Below are positions 1 to 8,969 of a DNA stretch of 64,000 nucleotides, piece by piece. Position numbers and translations under genes: made by a program. The notes beneath the pieces were generated by a model. The model was not told the origin of the DNA. It ran no database searches and was given only the letters and a program-made list of their open reading frames with translations. The DNA is from Candidatus Poriferihabitaceae bacterium (GTDB lineage: Bacteria > Pseudomonadota > Gammaproteobacteria > Arenicellales > Poriferihabitantaceae): the NCBI GenBank assembly GCA_965213885.1, contig OZ243919.1, forward strand, positions 732,692 through 796,691. The letters are read 5' to 3'. The first letter of the stretch is position 1. Each line of letters begins with the position of its first letter.

Positions 1-1
1 C

Positions 2-337
2 TACATGCGGCGCGGCAGCGGCCAGATCCTGGTCAACAACAGGCCCCTTGACGAATACTTCGGCCGGGAAACCGCCCGGATGATCGTTCGCCAGCCACTG
101 GAACTGGTGGAAATGGTTGACAAGATGGATTTCCGAGTGACGGTCTCCGGGGGCGGAAACAGCGGGCAGGCCGGGGCGATCCGGCATGGCATTACCCGCG
201 CCCTGTTGGCCTATGACGAGGAAATGCGCCCCGCACTTCGCCAGGCCGGCTTCGTTACCCGGGATGCGCGGGAAGTGGAGCGCAAGAAAGTCGGGCTGCA
301 CAAAGGTCGCAAGCGTCCGCAATATTCCAAGCGGTAA
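2..337 (+). CDS. rpsI: 30S ribosomal protein S9, C-terminal ~111 aa (5' end lies upstream of the window)
   Basis: The frame is open from the window edge. The translation ...[21 protein letters not shown]...[19 protein letters not shown]...[28 protein letters not shown] is the conserved S9 C-terminus. Confidence 0.95.
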   Translation, partial: YMRRGSGQILVNNRPLDEYFGRETARMIVRQPLELVEMVDKMDFRVTVSGGGNSGQAGAIRHGITRALLAYDEEMRPALRQAGFVTRDAREVERKKVGLHKGRKRPQYSKR

Positions 338-365
338 TTCCCATTACCGGGTTCCGTGCCGGGGA

Positions 366-388
366 GGCAGCCACCGGTTGCCTTTCTT
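366..388 (+). terminator. Possible rho-independent terminator after rpsI
   Basis: Stem GGCAGCC / GGTTGCC (one G-U pair) followed by TTTCTT, 29 nt after the rpsI stop. It lies in the convergent gap with metG. The loop is short and the T-tract weak. Confidence 0.35.
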
Positions 389-457
389 CCTGTCCCCCGG
401 GATGGCCATTCGTATTCCTGCCGGAACGCCGACCGGCTCCACGCCGGTGAATCCGCA

Positions 458-2485
458 CTAGCGTACCCGAAAACCAGGGGTCGCCCCTTCGTCGGGCGAC
501 AACAGGAACAGTTCCGACTCACCGGATCCGGCGGCCAGGACCATGCCCTCGGATACCCCGAAGCGCATTTTCCGCGGTGCCAGGTTGGCCACCATGACCA
601 CGTGGCGTCCCACCAGCATTTCCGGGTCATAAGCGGATTGAATGCCCGCAAACACGTTACGCCTCTCGCTGCCGAGGTCCAGGACAAGACGTAATAGCTT
701 ATTGGAGTTCTCCACCCTTTCCGCGGCTTCGATGCGGGCCACACGAAGATCGACCCTGGCGAAGTCATCCAGGGTGATTTCCGGGGCCAACGGATCATCC
801 GCCAGGGGACCGGACGCACGTCTTTCCATGGTTTTCTGAATCGCCAGGGTTTCCTCGATCATGGCATCAACCTGTTTTTCCTCCACTCTTGTGAGCAGTG
901 GTGTGAAGCGGTTGATGGAATGATCCAGCAAGGGCTCACGGGGTGATTCCCAGGTCAGGGAGTCGATATTGAGGAAGTCCTCGGCCCGTTCCGCGGTGAC
1001 CGGCAACACCGGCTTCAACAGCGTAACCAGCAGCCGGAACAGGTTGAGACCCTGGGTACAGATCTCCTGAACCTCGGCATGCCTAGCCTCATCCTTGATC
1101 AGGACCCATGGCTTGGCCGCATCGATGTACTGGTTGGCCTTGTCTGCGAGCGCCATGACATCCCGCATCGCCTTACTGTAACGGCGTCTTTCGTAGTCGT
1201 CGGCAACACTGTCCAAGGCAGCGACAAAGGTGCTGTACATCTCGGGCTCCGGCAAGGTTGTCGCCAGTCGGCCACCGAACTCCTTGCCGATAAACCGGGC
1301 ACAGCGGCTGGCAATGTTGACCAGCTTGCCCACCAGATCCGAGTTCACCCGTACCCGGAAATCCTCCAGATTCAGGTCGATGTCATCAATGTTGTTGTCA
1401 AGCTTGGCGGCGAAGTAGTAGCGCAGGTATTCCGGGTTGAGATGTCTGGCGTAGGTCTCCGCCATGATGAAGGTTCCCCGTGATTTGGACATTTTCTGGC
1501 CATTCACGGTGAGAAAGCCATGGCACCATACCGCGGTTGGCGGACGGAATCCCGCCCCTTTCAGTTCCGCGGGCCAGAACAGGGTATGGAACCTGGCGAT
1601 GTCCTTGCCGATGAAATGAATCATCTCCGCTTCGCTGTCGGGGCTGAGAAATTCGTCGAAGTTGATCCCTTCACGGTCACACAGGTTGCGGAAGCTGGCG
1701 AGGTATCCGATGGGTGCGTCCAGCCAGACATAGAAGTACTTGTCCCTTTCCCCGGGAATTTCAAAACCCCAGTAGGGGGCGTTGCGCGAAATGTCCCATT
1801 GGAACAGTTCCTCGTCGAAGAGCTCCTTTTGCTTGTTGGCAATTTCCACCTGTGTGCGGCCCTCGTCGAACCATTGCCGGAGAAAGTCCCGGAAATTCTC
1901 CACCTTGAAAAACAGCTGCTCCGAATCCCGCTCCACCGGCTTGGAACCGGATACCATGGAATAGGGATTGATGAGTTCGGTGGGGTCGTAGGTGCTGCCG
2001 CACACCTCGCAGTTGTCTCCATGCTGGTCATCGGCATTGCATTGCGGGCAGGTGCCCCTGACAAACCGGTCCGGCAGGAACATGTTCCTTTCCGGGTCGT
2101 AGAGCTGCTTGATGGTGCGCCTGGCGATGTGGCCGGCGGCGTCCAGGCGACGGTAGATCAGTTCCGACAGGGCCCGGTTCTCATCGGAATGGGTGCTGTG
2201 GAAATTATCGAAGGCAACCAGGAATGTGGCGAAATCACGGGAATGTTCCCCATGCACACGATCGATCAGATCCTGCGGACTGACTCCGTCAGCCTCCGCC
2301 CGAAGCATGATCGGCGTACCGTGGGCATCGTCCGCGCAGACATACCAGCATTCGTTGCCTTGTAACTTCTGGAACCGGACCCAGATATCGGTCTGGATGT
2401 ACTCCACCAGGTGCCCGAGATGGATCGGGCCGTTGGCATAGGGCAGTGCGCTGGTGACCAGCAGTTTTCTGGGCTTGGGAGGCAT
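458..2485 (-). CDS. metG: Methionine--tRNA ligase with C-terminal tRNA-binding domain
   Basis: 675-aa ORF with an ATG start. It has the HIGH-type motif ([11 protein letters not shown]), KMSKS (GQKMSKSRG), a Zn knuckle (CPQC...CEVC) and a C-terminal Trbp111/EMAP-like segment ([23 protein letters not shown]). Confidence 0.97.
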   Translation of the reverse strand: MPPKPRKLLVTSALPYANGPIHLGHLVEYIQTDIWVRFQKLQGNECWYVCADDAHGTPIMLRAEADGVSPQDLIDRVHGEHSRDFATFLVAFDNFHSTHSDENRALSELIYRRLDAAGHIARRTIKQLYDPERNMFLPDRFVRGTCPQCNADDQHGDNCEVCGSTYDPTELINPYSMVSGSKPVERDSEQLFFKVENFRDFLRQWFDEGRTQVEIANKQKELFDEELFQWDISRNAPYWGFEIPGERDKYFYVWLDAPIGYLASFRNLCDREGINFDEFLSPDSEAEMIHFIGKDIARFHTLFWPAELKGAGFRPPTAVWCHGFLTVNGQKMSKSRGTFIMAETYARHLNPEYLRYYFAAKLDNNIDDIDLNLEDFRVRVNSDLVGKLVNIASRCARFIGKEFGGRLATTLPEPEMYSTFVAALDSVADDYERRRYSKAMRDVMALADKANQYIDAAKPWVLIKDEARHAEVQEICTQGLNLFRLLVTLLKPVLPVTAERAEDFLNIDSLTWESPREPLLDHSINRFTPLLTRVEEKQVDAMIEETLAIQKTMERRASGPLADDPLAPEITLDDFARVDLRVARIEAAERVENSNKLLRLVLDLGSERRNVFAGIQSAYDPEMLVGRHVVMVANLAPRKMRFGVSEGMVLAAGSGESELFLLSPDEGATPGFRVR

Positions 2486-2755
2486 GCGCGGGTGACCGGG
2501 AATCGGACGTGGTTATGCCGGACAGGCGGTTTCGGTGGAAAGGCCGGGTATTATACTCGCTGGCTTGCAGTTACAATCATCGGCCTCGGGATTCCCGTGG
2601 ATGCCACACAAACGGCTGTTGCAGGGGTGCCCGTGGGCGAGTTGGCGAACAGGGCCACCGGAAAACGGCCCGGGAAGTATAGGCGGGCATCCCCGTGGTC
2701 GGTTCCGTTTTCGGGATCAAGATTCGATCCAGACTAGAAACTAAGGTAATTCATC

Positions 2756-3829
2756 ATGTCTACGATGACACGCGACGATGTCGAAACCTGCCTGAAAAAG
2801 GTGATCGACCCCCATACCGGGATGGACCTGGTCTCGGCAAAAAGTGTCGGTGAAATCTCGGTTGAAGGAGACACTCCCCGGGTAGAGGTCGTGCTCGGTT
2901 ATCCCGCCAGAAGCTTCGAGCCGGAGATGGCGAAAATGGTGCGGGAGTCGATTCCCGGTGCCGAGGTCAATGTGACATCCAACATGGTGGCGCACCAGGT
3001 GCAGGAGGGTGTGAAGCCACTGGAAGGCGTGAAGAATATCATCGCGGTTGCCTCCGGTAAGGGCGGGGTGGGGAAATCCACGCTGGCGGTCAATCTTGCG
3101 CTGGCGCTTTCCGCGGAAGGTGCCAGTGTGGGGGTGCTGGACGCCGATATCTACGGTCCCAGCCAACCCCGCATGCTGGGAATCGCGGGCAAGCCCACCT
3201 CCAGGGACGGCAAGACCCTGGAACCCATGAAAGGCTACGACCTCCAGGCCATGTCCATCGGTTTCCTGGTGGATGAGGAGTCGCCCATGATCTGGCGGGG
3301 ACCCATGGTGACCCAGGCCCTGGAGCAGTTGCTCAAGGATACCCGCTGGGACGACCTGGATTACCTGGTGGTGGATATGCCGCCTGGTACCGGTGACATT
3401 CAGCTTACCCTGGCGCAGAAAGTGCCCGTGTCCGGTTCGGTGATCGTCACCACGCCACAGGACATCGCCCTGCTGGATGCCCGCAAGGCCTACAAGATGT
3501 TCGAGAAGGTGGAAATCCCGGTGCTGGGCGTGGTGGAAAACATGAGCACCCATATCTGCAGCAAATGCGGCCACGAGGAACATATTTTCGGTGCCGGCGG
3601 TGGTGCAGCCATGGCCAGGGACTACGACACGGTCCTTCTGGGAGATGTTCCCCTGGATGTCAGTATCAGGGAAGGCGCCGATGGCGGCCACCCCACGGTG
3701 GTGTCGGATCCCGACGGCCCGATTTCCGCCAGGTACAAATCCATCGCACGGAACACGGCAGCCAGGCTGGCCCTGCGCAAGAAGGACTACAGCGCCAAGT
3801 TCCCCAATATCGTCATCCAGCAAAACTGA
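2756..3829 (+). CDS. apbC: Fe-S cluster carrier ATPase ApbC/Mrp
   Basis: Deviant Walker [12 protein letters not shown], CxxC motif (ICSKCG) and an N-terminal DUF59-like segment. It is divergent from metG, as in enterobacterial metG/mrp synteny. Confidence 0.93.
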   Translation: MSTMTRDDVETCLKKVIDPHTGMDLVSAKSVGEISVEGDTPRVEVVLGYPARSFEPEMAKMVRESIPGAEVNVTSNMVAHQVQEGVKPLEGVKNIIAVASGKGGVGKSTLAVNLALALSAEGASVGVLDADIYGPSQPRMLGIAGKPTSRDGKTLEPMKGYDLQAMSIGFLVDEESPMIWRGPMVTQALEQLLKDTRWDDLDYLVVDMPPGTGDIQLTLAQKVPVSGSVIVTTPQDIALLDARKAYKMFEKVEIPVLGVVENMSTHICSKCGHEEHIFGAGGGAAMARDYDTVLLGDVPLDVSIREGADGGHPTVVSDPDGPISARYKSIARNTAARLALRKKDYSAKFPNIVIQQN

Positions 3830-4395
3830 TGGCAATCAAATCCGACCGGTGGATCCGTGACATGGCGGAGACTGCCGGCATGATCGAGCCGTTCGAGTCC
3901 CGGCAGGTTCGCAATCGCAACGGCCAACAGGTCATCTCCTGGGGAACTTCCAGTTACGGCTACGATATTCGCTGTTCCGACGAGTTCAAGATCTTCACCA
4001 ACATCAATTCCGCAGTGGTCGACCCCAAGGCCTTCGATGCCAGCAGCTTCGTGGACTTCACCGGCGATGTCTGCATCATTCCGCCAAATTCCTTTGCCCT
4101 GGCCCGGACGGTGGAGTATTTCCGCATACCGCGCAACGTGCTCACCATCTGTCTCGGCAAGAGCACGTATGCCCGCTGCGGGATCATCGTCAATGTGACG
4201 CCGCTCGAACCGGAATGGGAAGGTTACGTTACCCTGGAATTCTCCAATACCACGCCCTTGCCCGCGAAAATCTATGCAAACGAGGGGGTTGCCCAGGTGC
4301 TGTTCTTCGAGTCTGATGAAGTCTGCGAGGTGTCCTACCGGGACCGGGGCGGGAAGTACCAGGGACAGACCGGGGTGACGCTGCCCAAGGCCTGA
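3829..4395 (+). CDS. dcd: dCTP deaminase
   Basis: 188 aa starting [13 protein letters not shown]...; the body ...[36 protein letters not shown]... is typical Dcd. The ATG overlaps the apbC stop (ATGA at 3827-3831). The longer ORF-track start at 3565 is an out-of-frame overlap with apbC. Confidence 0.95.
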   Translation: MAIKSDRWIRDMAETAGMIEPFESRQVRNRNGQQVISWGTSSYGYDIRCSDEFKIFTNINSAVVDPKAFDASSFVDFTGDVCIIPPNSFALARTVEYFRIPRNVLTICLGKSTYARCGIIVNVTPLEPEWEGYVTLEFSNTTPLPAKIYANEGVAQVLFFESDEVCEVSYRDRGGKYQGQTGVTLPKA

Positions 4396-4674
4396 CCGGG
4401 CAGGTCCAGGAATTCCCGTATCGTATCTGGCTGCCCTGTCGAATCCTGGGCCGGCAAGCAAGCCTTTTCCCTGGAATCGCTCCGGATCACTGAAATCCGC
4501 ATTGATCCTGTTTCAGACGTAAGGAAAGAGGAATACCGGAATCATCCGGGACAGGAACAATGCACGCTGAAACACACTGTCCCGGTCGCCCGGAAATGAT
4601 CCGGCCTTGCAATCGAAAGAGGCTCCGGAATCAGGGGGATGGACCAATCTGGTGTCACAAAACATCCGTAGAGG

Positions 4675-5271
4675 TCAATAGTCATTGACCTCGTAGTGTT
4701 CGCCAAGGAGTTCCCCCACCACCGCGAGATAATGCTCCAGATCCGGGGTCTTCCTCCCTTGCACCTTGCCGCCATCATCGAATCGGCGCACCTTCAAGAT
4801 GGTGTCAAGCAATGGATTTGCCGAAAACCGTACGACTTCCCCGGAGCTCATGGGGCCGCCCTGTAGTGCCAGGGTACGCACGGAGGCTTCTGTCAACGTG
4901 GAAAAATAGGTCGGCTCGACGGCACAGAGATAACGCTTGGCATCCACGTGCCAGCGCACGGGTTCCGTGACTGTCGGCGGAAACCAGCGCTTCAGGAAGC
5001 GTTCCCCGGCAACCTCGTGCAGGTTGTCCACACCGATATCGATGTAATCATCACCGAATTCACCGGTGTAGTGACCGATGTCATGCAAAAGGGCGGCAAC
5101 TATCACGGTCCTGTCTTCGCCGGCCTTTTCGGCGATCCAGGCGGTTTGCAGCATGTGCTCGGTCATGCTCACCGGCTCGCCGAGATAGGATTCATCGCCC
5201 CGACGTCTGAAGATGTCCCGGATGAAGCCGGTGATTTCATCGGGGCTTCGGATGTCGGCTGTCCGGGTCAT
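4675..5271 (-). CDS. HD-domain protein of the PhnZ/TmpB (diiron oxygenase) type
   Basis: 198 aa with an extended metal-ligand pattern H..HD..H..H..D (MTEHML, LLHDIGHY, NLHEVAG, VRWHVDAKRYL). It lies on the same strand as, and downstream of, a BBOX-like dioxygenase. Confidence 0.75.
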   Translation of the reverse strand: MTRTADIRSPDEITGFIRDIFRRRGDESYLGEPVSMTEHMLQTAWIAEKAGEDRTVIVAALLHDIGHYTGEFGDDYIDIGVDNLHEVAGERFLKRWFPPTVTEPVRWHVDAKRYLCAVEPTYFSTLTEASVRTLALQGGPMSSGEVVRFSANPLLDTILKVRRFDDGGKVQGRKTPDLEHYLAVVGELLGEHYEVNDY

Positions 5272-5499
5272 TTGGGTGATGGGGGCATGTGCCCGGCTGC
5301 TTCTGCCTGAGCCAGAGCAAACCCGGCAATCCGCAGTTGAGCGGTATTGGCAACCGTGAATGCCCGGTGGGGTTCGGTCAGGGTTTCTCTGGTCATTGAG
5401 GTGAATCCCGAATAGGGCGTGCTGACGGGGTGCCGGACGTGTACTGTATGGCTGAATGGCGCGATTGACAAGGCCGGATCCGGCGGGGGTGAATCCGGT

Positions 5500-6657
5500 T
5501 TATGCCGCGCGCCGTCGCCTGAGAAGGGCAAGAGTGCTGCGCAGGCCGTCGAGATCCGCGTAGGCGCCCTGCAGCCAGCGCAGTCCGGTCTCCGTGTACC
5601 CCTTGCGTCCGTGAAGGACGCGGGTGTTGTCGACCACGAACAGCTCCCCGGGTTCCAGCCGGAAGTTCACGTTGACTTCCGGTCGACGGGTGATTTCCAC
5701 GAGGTGGCGGTACGCTGCGTAGAAGTCCGGCACGAGATCGAATGGAACACTGGTCAGGGACTGGAACGAACGGCTGTTGATCCGTACCTGGATCAGTTGT
5801 CCATCCTGGGAGACTTCCAGCATTGGACGGTGGGCGGCGAGATCGCTCCGGCGATCGCCGCTGTACCGGAAGGTGACGTTGTACCGGCTCAGCAAAGTGA
5901 AATGGACCGGGCTCTCCTGCCTGAGGATTTCGGCCACCCGGAACCCATCCACAACGCTTGATTCGCCCCCGGCCGCATTGTTTTCGAGACAGTGCAGGAA
6001 TTGTAGCGTCGGTACCGGGTCGCGGTAGGGGTTGTCGGTATGCGGATCAAGCCCCACCCTTGTATAGGCCATGTTGACCGGATCCGGTTCGGAGCGGACT
6101 TCAAAGAGTCGTCCGTAGTTGGTTTCCCGCACGTAACCGAACAACGCGATGACATCAAGGAGTGCGCCCGTCACGGATGGTACGTCCCGCAGGCGGGCGA
6201 AACCCAGTGTCTCGATCCACTGGAGCCATTTCTCCAGAACCTCATGATCCTCCACAACCCGGGGAAAGGATTCGATGACACTGTTCGCATCCAGGTCGCC
6301 GCCCCAGGTTGCCCGATCCTCCGGACTGAGTGTTTCACTGGCAGGCCGGTCGTAGTCATGACGGCGCAGCCAGTCAAGGTCGAGCCAGGTCAGGGTGCCG
6401 TCGTCAAACGCAATCTCGAGCCGGGAACCATTGAGTGATACCCCCCCGATGCAAAGACCGGCGGGTATGTCCGTTGCCGACAGCCGTTTTTGGCCGTTGC
6501 CCGGATCACGGCTTGCCGCATCCTGACCGTGGTCCCGCAGCCAGACGGCGTGGTAGCGAGAGGATTTTCCGTCGGGCCAGACCACGGTGATGAATGACCC
6601 GTCAGTGCCCAGTTGGAGAGTCGGGGCAAGGGACATGACGCCAGAAGGTGGTCCCAC
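5500..6657 (-). CDS. Fe(II)/2-oxoglutarate dioxygenase, gamma-butyrobetaine-hydroxylase-like (DUF971 + TauD fold); TmpA/PhnY-like
   Basis: N-terminal DUF971-type segment (ITVVWPDGKSSRYHAVWLRDH), HxD facial-triad motif (HTDNPY) and distal His (VLHGR). The start is uncertain: GTG at 6657 or ATG at 6636, neither with a clear SD. Confidence 0.8.
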   Translation of the reverse strand: MGPPSGVMSLAPTLQLGTDGSFITVVWPDGKSSRYHAVWLRDHGQDAASRDPGNGQKRLSATDIPAGLCIGGVSLNGSRLEIAFDDGTLTWLDLDWLRRHDYDRPASETLSPEDRATWGGDLDANSVIESFPRVVEDHEVLEKWLQWIETLGFARLRDVPSVTGALLDVIALFGYVRETNYGRLFEVRSEPDPVNMAYTRVGLDPHTDNPYRDPVPTLQFLHCLENNAAGGESSVVDGFRVAEILRQESPVHFTLLSRYNVTFRYSGDRRSDLAAHRPMLEVSQDGQLIQVRINSRSFQSLTSVPFDLVPDFYAAYRHLVEITRRPEVNVNFRLEPGELFVVDNTRVLHGRKGYTETGLRWLQGAYADLDGLRSTLALLRRRRAA

Positions 6658-6708
6658 TGAAGAAACTGGCGCAGAGTATATTCAGGAATCCCGGTGAGGT
6701 AAGCGGGA

Positions 6709-6924
6709 CTACGCGATCCAGGACGGTTTTGTCGCTTCCTCGAGGGCATCCACCTCGCTGATGCCGATATCCCTGCGCTGTCGCACCGACAGTTCCCGCA
6801 GCTGTCGGCGTTGCCGATGGCGCTGAAACCAGGTCTTCACCAGCCCGCCAAAGCGGCATAGCGGACGGTAGAAAATGTCCGGTTCCACTGCCGACACAGA
6901 GTCAGCAGCCGCAGCGGTCATCAT
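6709..6924 (-). CDS. DUF1127 small arginine-rich protein
   Basis: 71 aa ending in the DUF1127 signature region (RRQLRELSVRQRRDIGISEVD). Confidence 0.8.
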   Translation of the reverse strand: MMTAAAADSVSAVEPDIFYRPLCRFGGLVKTWFQRHRQRRQLRELSVRQRRDIGISEVDALEEATKPSWIA

Positions 6925-7088
6925 TGACCCTGATGAATTCAGATAATGTGAAATAATACTGACCGATCATGAAAGTGTCATTCGTTTAGACAAATCATTT
7001 TCTTTTCTGGTAATTTACCGATCTGCATGAATCGAAACATACGATGATCTCTCATTAATTGAATTATCTGTATTAATCCGGGTCCATC

Positions 7089-7994
7089 ATGAGAACTCCG
7101 CCGCTGGGCAGCTTGAAGACCTTTCGCACCGCTGCCAATTCACTGTCATTCACCCGTGCCGCCGAGGAGTTGCATGTGACCCAGGCAGCGGTCAGCCACC
7201 AGATCAAGGCCCTCGAAGAGGCCCTCGGCGTTCGCCTGTTCGAGCGTGGCAACCGGAGCCTTGCGCTGACCGAGGCAGGTAACCGGTTCCTGCCCTACGT
7301 GGACCAGATGTTCCTGTTGCTGGAGCAGGGCCTGCGCCAGCTCCGCCGGGGCGCCAACGATTCCACGCTCACCGTATCCCTGCTGCCGTCTTTCGCCTCC
7401 CGGTGGCTGGTGCCGCGCCTCGGGTTGTTCCTGAAGGCGCATCCGGAAGTGGACTTCCGGCTCGCGCCGTCCAGGGAGCTGACCGATTTCCGGACCGAGG
7501 ATATCGATCTCGCCATCCGCTACGGTCCCGGCAACTATCCCGGGCTCACCAGCATCTTCCTCATGGACGAGGAGATTTTCCCGGTATGCAGTCCCGCGGT
7601 CATGGACGGGCTGCACGCCTTGCATGCCCCCGGCGATCTGAAGCATCACGTCCTGATCCATGATGAGGGTCACAGCGACTGGCGCAAGTGGCTGGCGGCG
7701 GCGGGTGTGCACGATGTTGCACCGGACAAGGGGCCGGTATACACGGATTCGGCCATGGCGGTCCAGTCAGCCATGGAGGGGGACGGGGTTGCGCTGGGCC
7801 GCAGCCGGCTGGTACGGGACGATATTGCCAGGAGGCGGCTGGTGGTGCCGTTCGGGATATCCCAGCCCTCTGGGTATTCCTATTTCATTGTCTACCCGCA
7901 GGAACGGCGCCCGACGGACGCCATGGCCGCGTTCGTGGCGTGGGTGCAACAGCAGGTTGTGGAAGACGATGCCAAGTTCGGGGATACTCGCTAG
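7089..7994 (+). CDS. LysR-family transcriptional regulator (GcvA/AmpR-like)
   Basis: N-terminal wHTH (LKTFRTAANSLSFTRAAEELHVTQAAVSHQIKALEEALGVRLFER) plus a LysR substrate-binding domain. It is divergent from the DUF1127/dioxygenase genes across an AT-rich 164-bp spacer. Confidence 0.9.
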   Translation: MRTPPLGSLKTFRTAANSLSFTRAAEELHVTQAAVSHQIKALEEALGVRLFERGNRSLALTEAGNRFLPYVDQMFLLLEQGLRQLRRGANDSTLTVSLLPSFASRWLVPRLGLFLKAHPEVDFRLAPSRELTDFRTEDIDLAIRYGPGNYPGLTSIFLMDEEIFPVCSPAVMDGLHALHAPGDLKHHVLIHDEGHSDWRKWLAAAGVHDVAPDKGPVYTDSAMAVQSAMEGDGVALGRSRLVRDDIARRRLVVPFGISQPSGYSYFIVYPQERRPTDAMAAFVAWVQQQVVEDDAKFGDTR

Positions 7995-8110
7995 ATGCCT
8001 AATGGACTTGCCAAATCCATGAATCGGCGGCCCAGGACCGATACCCGAGCCCGCTATCCGGCCCCGGATAGCGTCGGGGGCCACGCGTCCGGTCGAATCA
8101 TCTGGTCCGG

Positions 8111-8875
8111 TTGTTCTGGGGGCGGTCACCCGGGGCGGTCTCTCGCGGTCCGGGGTGGGGTGCGGTCGTGAATCACGCCGATCTGGTGGAGGACGCCGGG
8201 AAATACGGACTGGTCCTGCGGGGTGGCTTCACGCCGAAGCGCGAAGACAGTGTGCCTGCAGTGCGCATCGGAGCGCCCACAAAAACACTGGTGCTGCTTG
8301 GCAACGCCGGGTCGTCGATGTGGCAATCGTTCGTGGATTCCCCGGAATTCGCCGACGGGGCGGAAGATCCCCTGAACCGCTGGAGCGAACGCATCGGCAA
8401 TGCTCTTGCATCGCAGTGGGACGGGAAGGCGCTGTTTCCCTTCGGCGGCCCCCCCTACCACCCGTTCATCCGCTGGGCGCGGAAGGCCGAGGGATTGAGG
8501 GAGTCGGCGCTTGGCATGTTGATGCATCCGGAGTATGGGCTATGGCATGCCTACCGGCTCGCCGTTGCGCTGCCGGTGGATGTGGCCGGGGCCGGTGCGG
8601 ACCTGCCGGTGCGGCACGCCTGCGATCATTGCCGGGACCGGCCCTGTTTGCAGGTCTGCCCGGTGGGGGCATTTGATGGAGAGCGCTATGATGTCGTGTC
8701 CTGTTTTCGCTATCTGGAGGCGCACCCGGAATCTTCCTGCCGCAAGACCTGCCTGGCGCGGAATGCCTGCCCCCAAGGCACGGACTACCGGTACGAGGGC
8801 GACCATGCGGCTTTTCACATGGAGAAGTTCTACAGCGCCCTGTCACGGGGCGGATTGACTGACCCCCGAATCTAG
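8111..8875 (+). CDS. 4Fe-4S cluster-domain protein (ferredoxin-type), function unknown
   Basis: The C-terminal Cys pattern CDHCRDRPCLQVCP ... CRKTCLARNACP is typical of 4Fe-4S binding. The start is uncertain (ATG 8111 or in-frame GTG 8168). Confidence 0.6.
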   Translation: MFWGRSPGAVSRGPGWGAVVNHADLVEDAGKYGLVLRGGFTPKREDSVPAVRIGAPTKTLVLLGNAGSSMWQSFVDSPEFADGAEDPLNRWSERIGNALASQWDGKALFPFGGPPYHPFIRWARKAEGLRESALGMLMHPEYGLWHAYRLAVALPVDVAGAGADLPVRHACDHCRDRPCLQVCPVGAFDGERYDVVSCFRYLEAHPESSCRKTCLARNACPQGTDYRYEGDHAAFHMEKFYSALSRGGLTDPRI

Positions 8876-8969
8876 CAGGCAGGTCAATCACGCCGAAGTT
8901 GCCGCGAACAGAGTACGGCACGCGCTCCCGATTCCATTAGAATTCGCGTCTTTCCCCTGCGCTTTGCCC

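Noticed and set aside
3565-3828. The upstream extension of the dcd ORF (276-aa version).
   Set aside because: It overlaps the apbC 3' end out of frame with low-complexity Arg/Gly sequence. Dcd homology starts at the ATG at 3829.
5268-5531. An 87-aa minus-strand ORF fills the spacer between the dioxygenase and the HD gene. An internal ATG at 5396 would give a 42-aa peptide. Its stop overlaps the HD-gene ATG (ATGA).
   Set aside because: My hand-counted GC3 for the 42-codon version is only about 55%, well below neighbouring genes. There is no SD before either start, the upstream half overlaps the dioxygenase 3' end out of frame, and I recognise no family. It is probably a chance open frame in GC-rich DNA.
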